A DNA stretch of 64,000 bases from contig CAKZLM010000171.1 in assembly GCA_937126915.1 (NCBI GenBank), positions 2,688 through 66,687 on the forward strand. Direction: 5' to 3'. This DNA comes from an uncultured Alphaproteobacteria bacterium. GTDB taxonomy: Bacteria > Pseudomonadota > Alphaproteobacteria > Sphingomonadales > SMXR01. The position numbers and the translations under genes are program-made. The notes below the pieces were generated by a model. It worked only from the letters and a program-made list of their open reading frames with translations, did not search any database and was not told the DNA's origin. Below are positions 18,564-26,825 of the stretch, one piece after another (positions within the stretch are counted from its first letter, which is position 1; each line of letters begins with the position of its first letter).

Positions 18564-20012
18564 GTGTTTGACTTAAGGTCGATATTATATGTTATTGGGT
18601 TATTAATGGTGCCCATTGGCCTTTCTATGCTCATTCCTGCTTTTGCTGATGCCTTGGTTGGGCATCCTGACCGTGACGTGTTTTTAAGCTCGTCCTTGAT
18701 CACCCTTTTCTTTGCCTTGGTTTTGATCCTGTCTAACCGCGGCATGACCGATTCATTACATCACAAACAAGCCTTTTTGCTAACTGCCCTAGCCTGGATC
18801 GCGCTACCCGCCGTGGCTGCTACGCCAATTTTTCTTTCTGAACTGAACCTAAGCTTTACCGATGCTTATTTCGAAGCCATGTCTGGCCTCACCACTACTG
18901 GATCAACGGTGATTGAGGGGTTAGACACAGCACCGCCCGGCATTTTATTATGGCGCGGCTTGCTACAATGGCTGGGCGGCATTGGCATTATTGTGATGGC
19001 CGTAGCCATTCTTCCCATGCTGAAAGTGGGTGGTATGCAGCTTTTCAAGCTAGAGGGGTCTGAGGCATCTGAAAAAATCCTACCGCGTGCAGCGGAATTA
19101 AGCGGTGCTATTACCCGTCTTTATATCATCATCTCCATCGCCTGTTTCTTGACCCTCATGTTAGTTGGTATGTCCCCCTTTGATGCCTTGGTGCATGCCA
19201 TGACAACCGTGTCAACGGGCGGCTTCTCCACCTCGGACGGCTCGATTGGTTATTTTGATAGTTTATGGGTCGATTGGGTGGTCATCTTCTTTATGATTGT
19301 CGGCAGTTTACCCTTCATCATTATGCTGCAATTTGTTCGTGGCAGACCTGCCGCACTTTATAAAGACGACCAAGTCCGATTTTTCTTTGGTGTCATTATC
19401 ATGCTGACTATAGCTGTGACAGGATGGCTGGTCTTTTTCAGAGATTTTAGTTGGGTCGACTCGTTCCGCTTTGGTGTGTTCAGCATTATCACGGTTATGA
19501 CGGGAACAGGATTTGCCACCATTGATTATGGTGCCTGGGGTGGTTTTTCCATGTCATTATTTTTCATGGTCATGTTTTTGGGAGGCTGTGCTGGATCGAC
19601 CAGTTGCGGCGTTAAAATTTTCCGTTATCAAATTTTATTAGCCACCCTTGCCACCGAAATTAAACGCCTTAGCATGCCTCATGGCGTTTTCATCACCAAA
19701 TTTAATGGCCGCCCCGTTAATGATGAGGCGGTTAACTCAGTGATGAGCTTTTTCTTCCTGTTTTTGGTTTGTTATGTGACTTTTGCCTTTCTACTATCCC
19801 TAACTGGATTAGACTTTATCACCGCCATATCAGGCGCAGGAACGGCCCTTGCCAATGTGGGTCCTGGTCTTGGTGAAATCATTGGCCCCGCAGGCAATTT
19901 TAGCAGCCTGCCTGACAGCTCAAAATGGATATTATCAATGGCCATGCTAACAGGCCGCCTAGAATTATTTACCATTCTTGTGCTGTTCACACCGCGTTTT
20001 TGGCAAACATAG
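18564..20012 (+). CDS. trkH: TrkH-family potassium uptake protein
   Basis: A 482-aa polytopic protein with repeated selectivity-filter-like motifs (TTTGST, STGGFS, MTGTGFA). It has a GTG start with GGAAGGA upstream. Confidence 0.9.
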   Translation: MFDLRSILYVIGLLMVPIGLSMLIPAFADALVGHPDRDVFLSSSLITLFFALVLILSNRGMTDSLHHKQAFLLTALAWIALPAVAATPIFLSELNLSFTDAYFEAMSGLTTTGSTVIEGLDTAPPGILLWRGLLQWLGGIGIIVMAVAILPMLKVGGMQLFKLEGSEASEKILPRAAELSGAITRLYIIISIACFLTLMLVGMSPFDALVHAMTTVSTGGFSTSDGSIGYFDSLWVDWVVIFFMIVGSLPFIIMLQFVRGRPAALYKDDQVRFFFGVIIMLTIAVTGWLVFFRDFSWVDSFRFGVFSIITVMTGTGFATIDYGAWGGFSMSLFFMVMFLGGCAGSTSCGVKIFRYQILLATLATEIKRLSMPHGVFITKFNGRPVNDEAVNSVMSFFFLFLVCYVTFAFLLSLTGLDFITAISGAGTALANVGPGLGEIIGPAGNFSSLPDSSKWILSMAMLTGRLELFTILVLFTPRFWQT

Positions 20013-20022
20013 ATGGCAAAGA

Positions 20023-20952
20023 TCAGCCTTTTTGCAAATCATCCAAGGTGAAGAAAAAGTCTTTGTTGCAGAAGGCGCAATTGACACTAATTTTGTCATT
20101 TTCGACCATTTCTTCTTGTTGGTCAGGCGAAAATGACTTTAAAACGCTTAATAAATAATCAGCCGAACATTTGCAGTTACGCACAATTGAAACCGGATCA
20201 AATACCCGCACGCCATCTTCGTGATACAGGCGATAAAGCAGGGTTTTTAAGGTTAATTGTGGATCACGCAATTCTTCAGGGCGTATTGTTTGGGTTAGCA
20301 CCTTCAGGTGTTCCCAAATATTTTCTTCCTCCTGCACCATCAAACGTGGGCCGCCTTCTTCGCCGTGGGCCAAATGCTGGATCATCAGGCCACCAGCACG
20401 CCAACGATTGGTCACAGGGTCACGGCCCGCTGATAAATGTAAACGGGTAGGCGTTTGTTCAGAGGTTTTGAAATAAGCCTGCGCACAGTCTGCAATGCTG
20501 TCACCGCTTAATTCCACAATCCCTTGATAACGCTCCATATCAGCGCCTTGGTCCATGGTCATGGCGAGATAACCCTTGCCAAAAATATCATAAAGGCTTG
20601 GGTTTTCAGGCAACGCATCATATTTTTCTTGGTCCACTTGAGCATAGCCACGCACCTTGCCGGGCGATTCGTAATCAGCCACCATCAGGGTAATAGCCCC
20701 ATCGGCCTTGGCCTGCAGGGTTAATTTGCCCTCAAACTTCATGATGCTGCCAAGCAAGCCCGTTAGCGCCAAAATCTCCCCCATCAAAGCGGCAATGTCT
20801 TCAGGGTAATCGCGCGCTTCCAGCACTTGATCAACAGTGGTCCCTAAGCGAATGGCGCGGCCACGGACATTTTGTTCTTCAATTTGAAATGGTAAAACCA
20901 AATTGTCTTCACTGCCGGGGGCATCGGTTACGATAATCGCTTCTTCGCTCAT
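20023..20952 (-). CDS. hslO: Hsp33 family redox-regulated chaperone
   Basis: A 309-aa ORF with the C-terminal zinc-centre motifs CKCS and CAFC and an Hsp33 core. Confidence 0.9.
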   Translation of the reverse strand: MSEEAIIVTDAPGSEDNLVLPFQIEEQNVRGRAIRLGTTVDQVLEARDYPEDIAALMGEILALTGLLGSIMKFEGKLTLQAKADGAITLMVADYESPGKVRGYAQVDQEKYDALPENPSLYDIFGKGYLAMTMDQGADMERYQGIVELSGDSIADCAQAYFKTSEQTPTRLHLSAGRDPVTNRWRAGGLMIQHLAHGEEGGPRLMVQEEENIWEHLKVLTQTIRPEELRDPQLTLKTLLYRLYHEDGVRVFDPVSIVRNCKCSADYLLSVLKSFSPDQQEEMVENDKISVNCAFCNKDFFFTLDDLQKG

Positions 20953-20980
20953 GACATATTCCTAACTCAGGGGTTGATCA

Positions 20981-21802
20981 TTAAGGGCGTAGTTTCCAGC
21001 CTGTCTTAAAGACCAAATACACCACATATGCAAGCACACAATTGATGCCAAGGGTATATAAAACACCAATCATAAGATCGCTATCGCCTTTCCCCAAGAA
21101 ACCATAGCGGAACCCATCAATGAGATAATAAAAAGGATTGACCTTGGACACCGCCTGAAACGCAGGGGTTAAGCGGTCAATGGTATAAAAGGTGCCCGAC
21201 AACAGCGATAAGGGCATGACGATAAAATTATAAATGGCCGCGGTATGATCAAACTTTTGCGCCCAAATACCCGTTAACGCCCCCACCAAAGACATCATAA
21301 TGCTGCCTGAAACAAAGAAATAAAGCGCTATTAACGGATGTGTCATGTGAATGGTAATGAACGGTACTAAACTAAATGCAAATAGCACCGTCAGGCCCAC
21401 GATCAAGCCACGGGTAATGCCGCCACCAACATAGCCTAAGGTTAATTCTAGGGGTGAAAGGGGTGGCATCAAAACATCAATGATATTGCCCTGCACCTTG
21501 CCAATTAAAATGGACGATGACGGGTTTTGATACGCATTTTGAATAACCGCCATCATCACCAAGCCCGGCACTAAAAAATCGGTAAAGCGAAAACCCATGG
21601 CCGCACGATCAGCCCCTAATGCCAAGGCAAATACCGCCATAAATAACAAGGTGGTTATGGCGGGCGCCGCCACGGTTTGCGTCCAAACCTTCAAAAAGCG
21701 CATGGTTTCTTTTTTATAAAGTGTCCACAAACCATAGCTATTGAGGAAAAGAATTTTCTTCTCGCCCGGTTCGGTAAAAGACAATTGATTCTGTTCGCTC
21801 AT
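20981..21802 (-). CDS. ABC-2 type transporter permease (NodJ-like)
   Basis: Has six hydrophobic segments and the ABC-2 signature region. I place the start at the ATG at 21802, preceded by AAAGGA. No ATPase gene is adjacent. Confidence 0.75.
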   Translation of the reverse strand: MSEQNQLSFTEPGEKKILFLNSYGLWTLYKKETMRFLKVWTQTVAAPAITTLLFMAVFALALGADRAAMGFRFTDFLVPGLVMMAVIQNAYQNPSSSILIGKVQGNIIDVLMPPLSPLELTLGYVGGGITRGLIVGLTVLFAFSLVPFITIHMTHPLIALYFFVSGSIMMSLVGALTGIWAQKFDHTAAIYNFIVMPLSLLSGTFYTIDRLTPAFQAVSKVNPFYYLIDGFRYGFLGKGDSDLMIGVLYTLGINCVLAYVVYLVFKTGWKLRP

Positions 21803-21975
21803 AAAAAATCCTTTGCGCTTTGGTCTCAATGCGGATGGCTATGGATACTGAATATGGGCAAAAAGTGCAAGTGATCAAGGAGAAAGCATCAGAATCATAA
21901 AAGAATGCCTTGCAGGCACCCCCCATTAGCCTTTATATAAGGCAGAGTATAGACAACTGAGATTGGGTTAACAAC

Positions 21976-22413
21976 ATGGCTTGGACTGACGACCGTATCG
22001 AAATTTTACGTAAATTATGGGATCAAGGCTTAACCGCCAGCCAGATCGCTAAGGAGCTTGGCGAGGGTGTTACCCGTAATGCTGTGATTGGTAAGGCACA
22101 CCGTCTGGGCCTTAAGTCGCGCCCGTCTCCGGTTAAGTCTGACAAAAAGAAAGCCGCCGCCAAACCGGCCGCCAAACCGGCACCGAAAAAGGTCGTCGCT
22201 AAAAAATCTAAGAAGATTCATCTTCTTGATTTAACCGAACGCACCTGCAAATGGCCTATTGGTCACCCCGGTGAAGAAGACTTCCACTTCTGCGGTAAAG
22301 AAAGCATTCAAGGTCATCCTTATTGCCAAGGCCACTGTGAAGAAGCTTACCAAGCCCAGCAACCGCGCAAAAGCCGCGCTGCTATGCAACAGGCCCCACG
22401 CATTATCCGTTAA
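21976..22413 (+). CDS. gcrA: GcrA cell-cycle regulator
   Basis: The N-terminus MAWTDDRIEILRKLWDQGLTASQIAKELGEGVTRNAVIGKAHRLGL is followed by a basic AKP linker and a conserved C-terminal CKWPIGHPGEEDFHFCG segment. Confidence 0.92.
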   Translation: MAWTDDRIEILRKLWDQGLTASQIAKELGEGVTRNAVIGKAHRLGLKSRPSPVKSDKKKAAAKPAAKPAPKKVVAKKSKKIHLLDLTERTCKWPIGHPGEEDFHFCGKESIQGHPYCQGHCEEAYQAQQPRKSRAAMQQAPRIIR

Positions 22414-22512
22414 TTATCAAACGCCTGCTTCACCAAGACTTGCCCTCCCCTGACAGGTTTCGGGGGTGTCTTATCATGGCTGGTATTATATGTCGCCCTA
22501 GTTATGGAGAGC

Positions 22513-22592
22513 GTTATAGACCTCCCTGCCTTTGGCCATCGTTTAGACTATCCTGCCTCTGGCTAGAGCGATAAACCAGCCTGCCTATGGCA
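22513..22592. repeat. Three direct repeats with core CCTGCCTNTGGC
   Basis: The CCTGCCT cores lie at 22525-22531, 22552-22558 and 22580-22586, spaced 27 and 28 bp. Their flanks are related (GTTATAGACC / GTTTAGACTA / GATAAACCAG). Confidence 0.7.
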
Positions 22593-22828
22593 CTAGCGGC
22601 AAGCTCATCTTATTAAGGGGCTGACGTCATACCCCTCATACGATTGATGCCTCTTCTGTCCGTGCCTCTTGTTTATTTTCAGCCTAATTCTGAATGTTAG
22701 ATTAGACTGTTTATTGATCTGACCAACTCATATCACCGTAAAAATGATGGAATTTTCTGGACACACCTGTGCCAACATCGCATCATCTGTTCAGTTGGGT
22801 AATTCATTCATATGCGAGGGAGGAAAAC

Positions 22829-23290
22829 ATGTTGAAAAAAATGACCGCAGGCCTATTGGCAGGAATCATTACGGTTTCGGTAACGGCACCCGCCGTTATG
22901 GCTGGCGCTGACGAGGTTATCGCTTACCGTAAAGGCGTGATGAACACGGTGCGCTCTAATGCCGTTGCTATTATGGCGATGCGCCGTGGCAATCTTGATA
23001 TGGAAGATAATATTGGGGACATTGCGCAGCAAATGGCAACCGCATCTGGGTTGGTCACGGCTGCCTTTAAGGTCGATACCTCTGCGATGGATAGCAAAGA
23101 AAAAACCACCGCCAAAGATAACCTAGTTTGGGCAAATTGGTCAGACTTTATGGAAAAAGCTGTGGCGATGCAGGCCGATGCTGACGCCGTCGCAGCCTTA
23201 GCAGCTGCTGGCGATGTTGATGGCGCAAAAAATGCCATTGGCAACGTTTTTCGCCATTGTAAAGCCTGCCACGATACCTATCGCAAATAA
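22829..23290 (+). CDS. Cytochrome c' / class II c-type cytochrome (four-helix bundle)
   Basis: The ATG at 22829 is preceded by GAGGGAGGA. There is a signal peptide (..APAVMAGA) and a single C-terminal haem motif CKACH. Confidence 0.8.
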   Translation: MLKKMTAGLLAGIITVSVTAPAVMAGADEVIAYRKGVMNTVRSNAVAIMAMRRGNLDMEDNIGDIAQQMATASGLVTAAFKVDTSAMDSKEKTTAKDNLVWANWSDFMEKAVAMQADADAVAALAAAGDVDGAKNAIGNVFRHCKACHDTYRK

Positions 23291-23340
23291 AAAACGCTTT
23301 AGAATCAATCAATAACCGTCGCTTATTTTATCGCAATAAT

Positions 23341-23527
23341 TAGTGACGGTTACCTTTTTTTGTTGTTTCCCGATCAGGCTTTCGCCCTCCGATGAAACGC
23401 GCTCAGGGCTGGGGCGGCTTTCGCCTTTTTAGCTGTTGTTTCCCGATCAGGCTTTCGCCCTCCGATGAAACGCGCTCAGGGCTGGGGCGGCTTTCGCCTT
23501 TTTGGCTGCTGTTTCCCGATCAGGAAA
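23341..23527. repeat. Intergenic repeat element, locus 2, with a 73-bp tandem amplification
   Basis: Starts TAGTGACGGTTAC, as at 3248. GTTTCCCGATCAGG recurs at 23365, 23438 and 23511, giving a 73-bp period with two near-identical full units and a partial third. It ends in the hairpin TGTTTCC-CGATCA-GGAAACA (23510-23529). Confidence 0.85.
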
Positions 23528-23530
23528 CAA

Positions 23531-23572
23531 GACAAAATTAGGGCCCATCATGCTTTAATGCACGATGAACCC
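23531..23572 (-). terminator. Terminator of the MCP gene
   Basis: A 13-bp stem at 23541-23553 / 23560-23572. It pairs completely only on the minus-strand RNA, where three mismatches become G:U pairs. TAATTTTGTCTTG follows on the minus strand. Confidence 0.65.
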
Positions 23573-23592
23573 TACATTATTCAATTTTAGTT

Positions 23593-24846
23593 TTATTGGC
23601 GAAGATGCTGCAAGAAAGCCTGCGATTGCTGTTCAAGGCGTGCGATTTGCTGGCTCATTGAATCAGCGCCTTCGATCATTTCACGGGCACTTTCAAGGGT
23701 TTGCTGTGCATTCATGCTAACCCCACCAATAGTTTGTGACACATTACGAGTACCTTCAGAAGCCTCTTGAATGTTGCGGCTAATTTCAACTGTCGCACTG
23801 CTTTGTTGTTCAGTTGCCGCTGCAATCATGCTGGCAATTTCGTTAATGGTGATGATTAACTCACTAATGCCATTAACCGCTTCAACCGACGAATCGGTGC
23901 GCTGTTGAATGTTGGAAATTTGCTGGCCAATGTCGCTGGTTGCATCAGACGTTTGATTGGCCAGTGATTTCACCTCAGACGCCACAACCGCGAAGCCTTT
24001 GCCTGCCTCGCCCGCACGCGCCGCCTCAATGGTAGCGTTCAGGGCCAACAAGTTGGTTTGCTCGGCAATATCAGAAATGAGTTTAACCACTTCACCGATT
24101 TTATCAGAGGCTTCACTTAACTGCTGAATAGTTTGCGAGGCTGTGTCGGCATCATTTTTCGCATCAGAGGTCTTCTGACTAGAGGTGGTTACTTGGCGAT
24201 TAATTTCCTCAACCGATGAAGACAGCTCTTCAGCTGCGGCGGCGACCATTTCCACATTCACAGTGGCCTGTTCAGCGGCGGCAGCAACCGTTGTTGACAT
24301 GCTTTGAGTTTCATCGGCATTTTTAATCAAAACATCAGCCAATTGACTGTTTTGCGCAGCCGCCGCACCAATAGAAGCAATAATTTCCATCACATGCCCT
24401 TCAAAATCAGCAGCAACCTGCTGCATTTTAGAGGCTTGCTCTAGTTCAATGGTTTCGATTGATTCTGATGTTTCATTAATGACCTTTGCACCCTGACCAA
24501 AGTCACCCAACATCCCTGTGGTTAGGAACTTGCGGTAATAACGCTTTTCCCCAGCGGCTTTCAACGAGGCACCAGCCTCACGGACATAAGCATCAACCAA
24601 GTCAATGGCTTGGTTTAGATTACTTAAAACTGGTGATAAGGTGTCATATTCATCCCACTTGATGATGCGTTTACGCAAATCACCTTTAGCAATGGCCACA
24701 GACAGTGATTCAATTTCAGTGAAAGCTTTTTCATAAAGGTCCAGCTTTTGCTCAAGCTCTGCAATTTTTTGTTGCTCCCCCGTAAGGAGTTTTGGGGCAG
24801 AGTGGTCATCGCCTTTTTTTGAAGAAAACATATTAAACAAGCCCAT
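23593..24846 (-). CDS. Methyl-accepting chemotaxis protein, cytoplasmic (no TM segment)
   Basis: The start is ATG 24846-24844 (MGLFNMFSS..), preceded by GGGAG. It contains the conserved signalling hairpin [39 protein letters not shown] see no hydrophobic segment. Confidence 0.85.
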   Translation of the reverse strand: MGLFNMFSSKKGDDHSAPKLLTGEQQKIAELEQKLDLYEKAFTEIESLSVAIAKGDLRKRIIKWDEYDTLSPVLSNLNQAIDLVDAYVREAGASLKAAGEKRYYRKFLTTGMLGDFGQGAKVINETSESIETIELEQASKMQQVAADFEGHVMEIIASIGAAAAQNSQLADVLIKNADETQSMSTTVAAAAEQATVNVEMVAAAAEELSSSVEEINRQVTTSSQKTSDAKNDADTASQTIQQLSEASDKIGEVVKLISDIAEQTNLLALNATIEAARAGEAGKGFAVVASEVKSLANQTSDATSDIGQQISNIQQRTDSSVEAVNGISELIITINEIASMIAAATEQQSSATVEISRNIQEASEGTRNVSQTIGGVSMNAQQTLESAREMIEGADSMSQQIARLEQQSQAFLQHLRQ

Positions 24847-24847
24847 C

Positions 24848-25372
24848 TTAAATCTCCCAAATAAAGGCATCATAAGATTTGCCCATATCTTGTAGCTTTT
24901 GCACCAACAGGGCGGCTGCCTCTTCCATGCCCTGTTTGGCATTGCTGGCCTTGTTTTCCACAGCCAACAATTCTGCATATAAAGGTTCGATGGCTTTAAC
25001 ACTGGCTTTATTAGGAAACCGTCGGTTTGAGTGATATTCAACAATTTGACCATTGGCATCAAAGGTTGGGGTCACATGAGCCAATACCCAATAATAACGT
25101 CCATCGCGGGCCATGTTTTTCACATACGCAAAAATTTCATTGCCGCTTTCTAAGGTGTCCCATAACAATTTAAACACGCAACGTGGCATGTCAGGATGAC
25201 GAATCATGCTGTGCGGTTCGCCCAAAACTTCAGCCGTGCTGAACCCCGCAACCCGACAGAACACATCATTGGCATAAATGATGCGGCCTTTTAGGTCCGT
25301 TTTGGACACAATAATTTCATCTTTATCAAAGCAGACTTCTTCATCTACTGGCTCAACTAGGTACTTGGCCAT
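24848..25372 (-). CDS. Aer-type PAS sensor protein (probable FAD-binding)
   Basis: [53 protein letters not shown]....[12 protein letters not shown] closely resembles the Aer PAS core. The ATG at 25372 is preceded by GGGAG. Its TAA stop is 1 nt before the MCP ATG. Confidence 0.8.
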   Translation of the reverse strand: MAKYLVEPVDEEVCFDKDEIIVSKTDLKGRIIYANDVFCRVAGFSTAEVLGEPHSMIRHPDMPRCVFKLLWDTLESGNEIFAYVKNMARDGRYYWVLAHVTPTFDANGQIVEYHSNRRFPNKASVKAIEPLYAELLAVENKASNAKQGMEEAAALLVQKLQDMGKSYDAFIWEI

Positions 25373-25485
25373 CAATTTTTCTCCCGCCTCAAGGGTTATA
25401 TGCAATTATTTTTATCGACGATAAGTTAACAAAAGTTTAATTTTCCACCTAGGCGACAGTTTGTCACATCAAGAAAGCTGAATGA

Positions 25486-26610
25486 TTAAAGAATCTTAGC
25501 TTGATATGCTTTGACATTTATACCGCCATGCGAAAATGCAAGGGCCTTAGGATCAAAATCCAAACCCGTTGCATGGGCTAAACTGTCAGAATTGGTCACC
25601 ATGCCAAAGCGCCAGCCTTTGAAATTTTCAAGCAAAGCCTTTCCTAACGCGGCATAAAGGGGGCGCAGTTTTTTCTCAGATCCAATACGCCCTCCATAAG
25701 GAGGATTTACAACAACTAAGCCTGCTGGCAATCTATCACCATTACCATCAAGTGGCGGGGTTAAATCACTGATGGCTTGGCGCTTAAAAGCACAGACATC
25801 ATCCACCCCTGCGCGCTTAGCGTTGGCGGTTGCCATGGCAATGGCCCCCTCATCACGGTCAAACCCAAAGGCGTGCACCACAGCGTCCTGAACGGGAGCC
25901 AGTGTTTTTAATTTTTGCCATGCGTTCGCATCAAAACTCATCAATTGTTCAAACGCAAAATCACGATTACGTCCCGCTTGCAATCCCATAGTCATTTCTG
26001 CGGCCTCGATAGCAAATGTGCCTGAGCCACACATCGGGTCAACCACCACATCACCGGCTTTAAATCCGCAGGCTGAGAGAATTTGCGCCGCCAACGTTTC
26101 CCGCAACGGCGCCTTGTTTACAGCCTGCTTAGAGCCGCGCTTATGCAGCCCCTCGCCTGAGGTATCAACACTGATAGTACAAATATCTTTGATAATGCGT
26201 ATTTTTAAACATAAGTCAGCTTCGTCGCTAATCTCAGCTGCAATTGTGGTCTTTAAAGCCTTTTCAAAGCGTTCAGCAGCGGCTTTGCTGTGATAAATTT
26301 TCGATTTCTTACAGGTGACCTCAACCTTGATTCGTGACCCCTTTGGAAAAGTTTCGTGCCAAGGAAATTTCAACGCAGCCTTGTCCAGTTTAGCAAGATG
26401 GGCGACCTTAAAACTGCCCAAGCGTACCAATATTTTACTGGCTCCTCGCATCTCTAGGTTGGCGCGCCAAACATCACGCCACGACCCCACAATGCTAACA
26501 CCGCCCAAACTTTTCTCAGGATTGGAAAAGCCACGCATGTGCGCTTCTTTTAATAGCACATGCTCTAACCCTGGCACGGTCGATAAAAAAATCTCTAATT
26601 TTTGCCCCAC
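25486..26610 (-). CDS. THUMP-domain class I SAM-dependent RNA methyltransferase (RlmL/RlmK-like)
   Basis: An N-terminal THUMP-like region, the SAM motif DPMCGSGTF and catalytic NPPYG. 374 aa. Confidence 0.8.
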   Translation of the reverse strand: MGQKLEIFLSTVPGLEHVLLKEAHMRGFSNPEKSLGGVSIVGSWRDVWRANLEMRGASKILVRLGSFKVAHLAKLDKAALKFPWHETFPKGSRIKVEVTCKKSKIYHSKAAAERFEKALKTTIAAEISDEADLCLKIRIIKDICTISVDTSGEGLHKRGSKQAVNKAPLRETLAAQILSACGFKAGDVVVDPMCGSGTFAIEAAEMTMGLQAGRNRDFAFEQLMSFDANAWQKLKTLAPVQDAVVHAFGFDRDEGAIAMATANAKRAGVDDVCAFKRQAISDLTPPLDGNGDRLPAGLVVVNPPYGGRIGSEKKLRPLYAALGKALLENFKGWRFGMVTNSDSLAHATGLDFDPKALAFSHGGINVKAYQAKIL

Positions 26611-26825
26611 GGTGTTTTCCTTTTACCCTCAGCACTGACCCTTTGCATAGTCAGTAATCTTTACACAGATTTCATGACAACCAAATAGAAAGATTTAAGC
26701 CCTTTTCTAATTCACTAGACAATTCAACATGAAAGCGACAAAATGACACAAAGAGTTTTCTGTAAAAAAGCTGTATAGAATTAATAGTCATTGTTTCTAC
26801 TGGGTGTCGGCAAGGGTTGTAAAGC

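Noticed and set aside
22615-22660. GGGGCTGA... as the 5' end of a tmRNA or other tRNA-like RNA
   Set aside because: The resemblance is limited to 8 nt. There is no T-arm/ACCA-like 3' module and no tag reading frame nearby.
22690-22730. FNR/Dnr/NnrR-type box (TTGAT-N4-ATCAA) upstream of cytochrome c'
   Set aside because: The only candidate, TTGATCTGACCAAC, has a good left half. The right half does not match in any register.
23365-23529. Could the regularly spaced repeats be a CRISPR array?
   Set aside because: The 73-bp units abut directly with no unique spacers between them. There are only about 2.3 copies and no cas genes in the window. The same element occurs singly at 3248. It is a tandemly duplicated intergenic repeat, not a CRISPR array.
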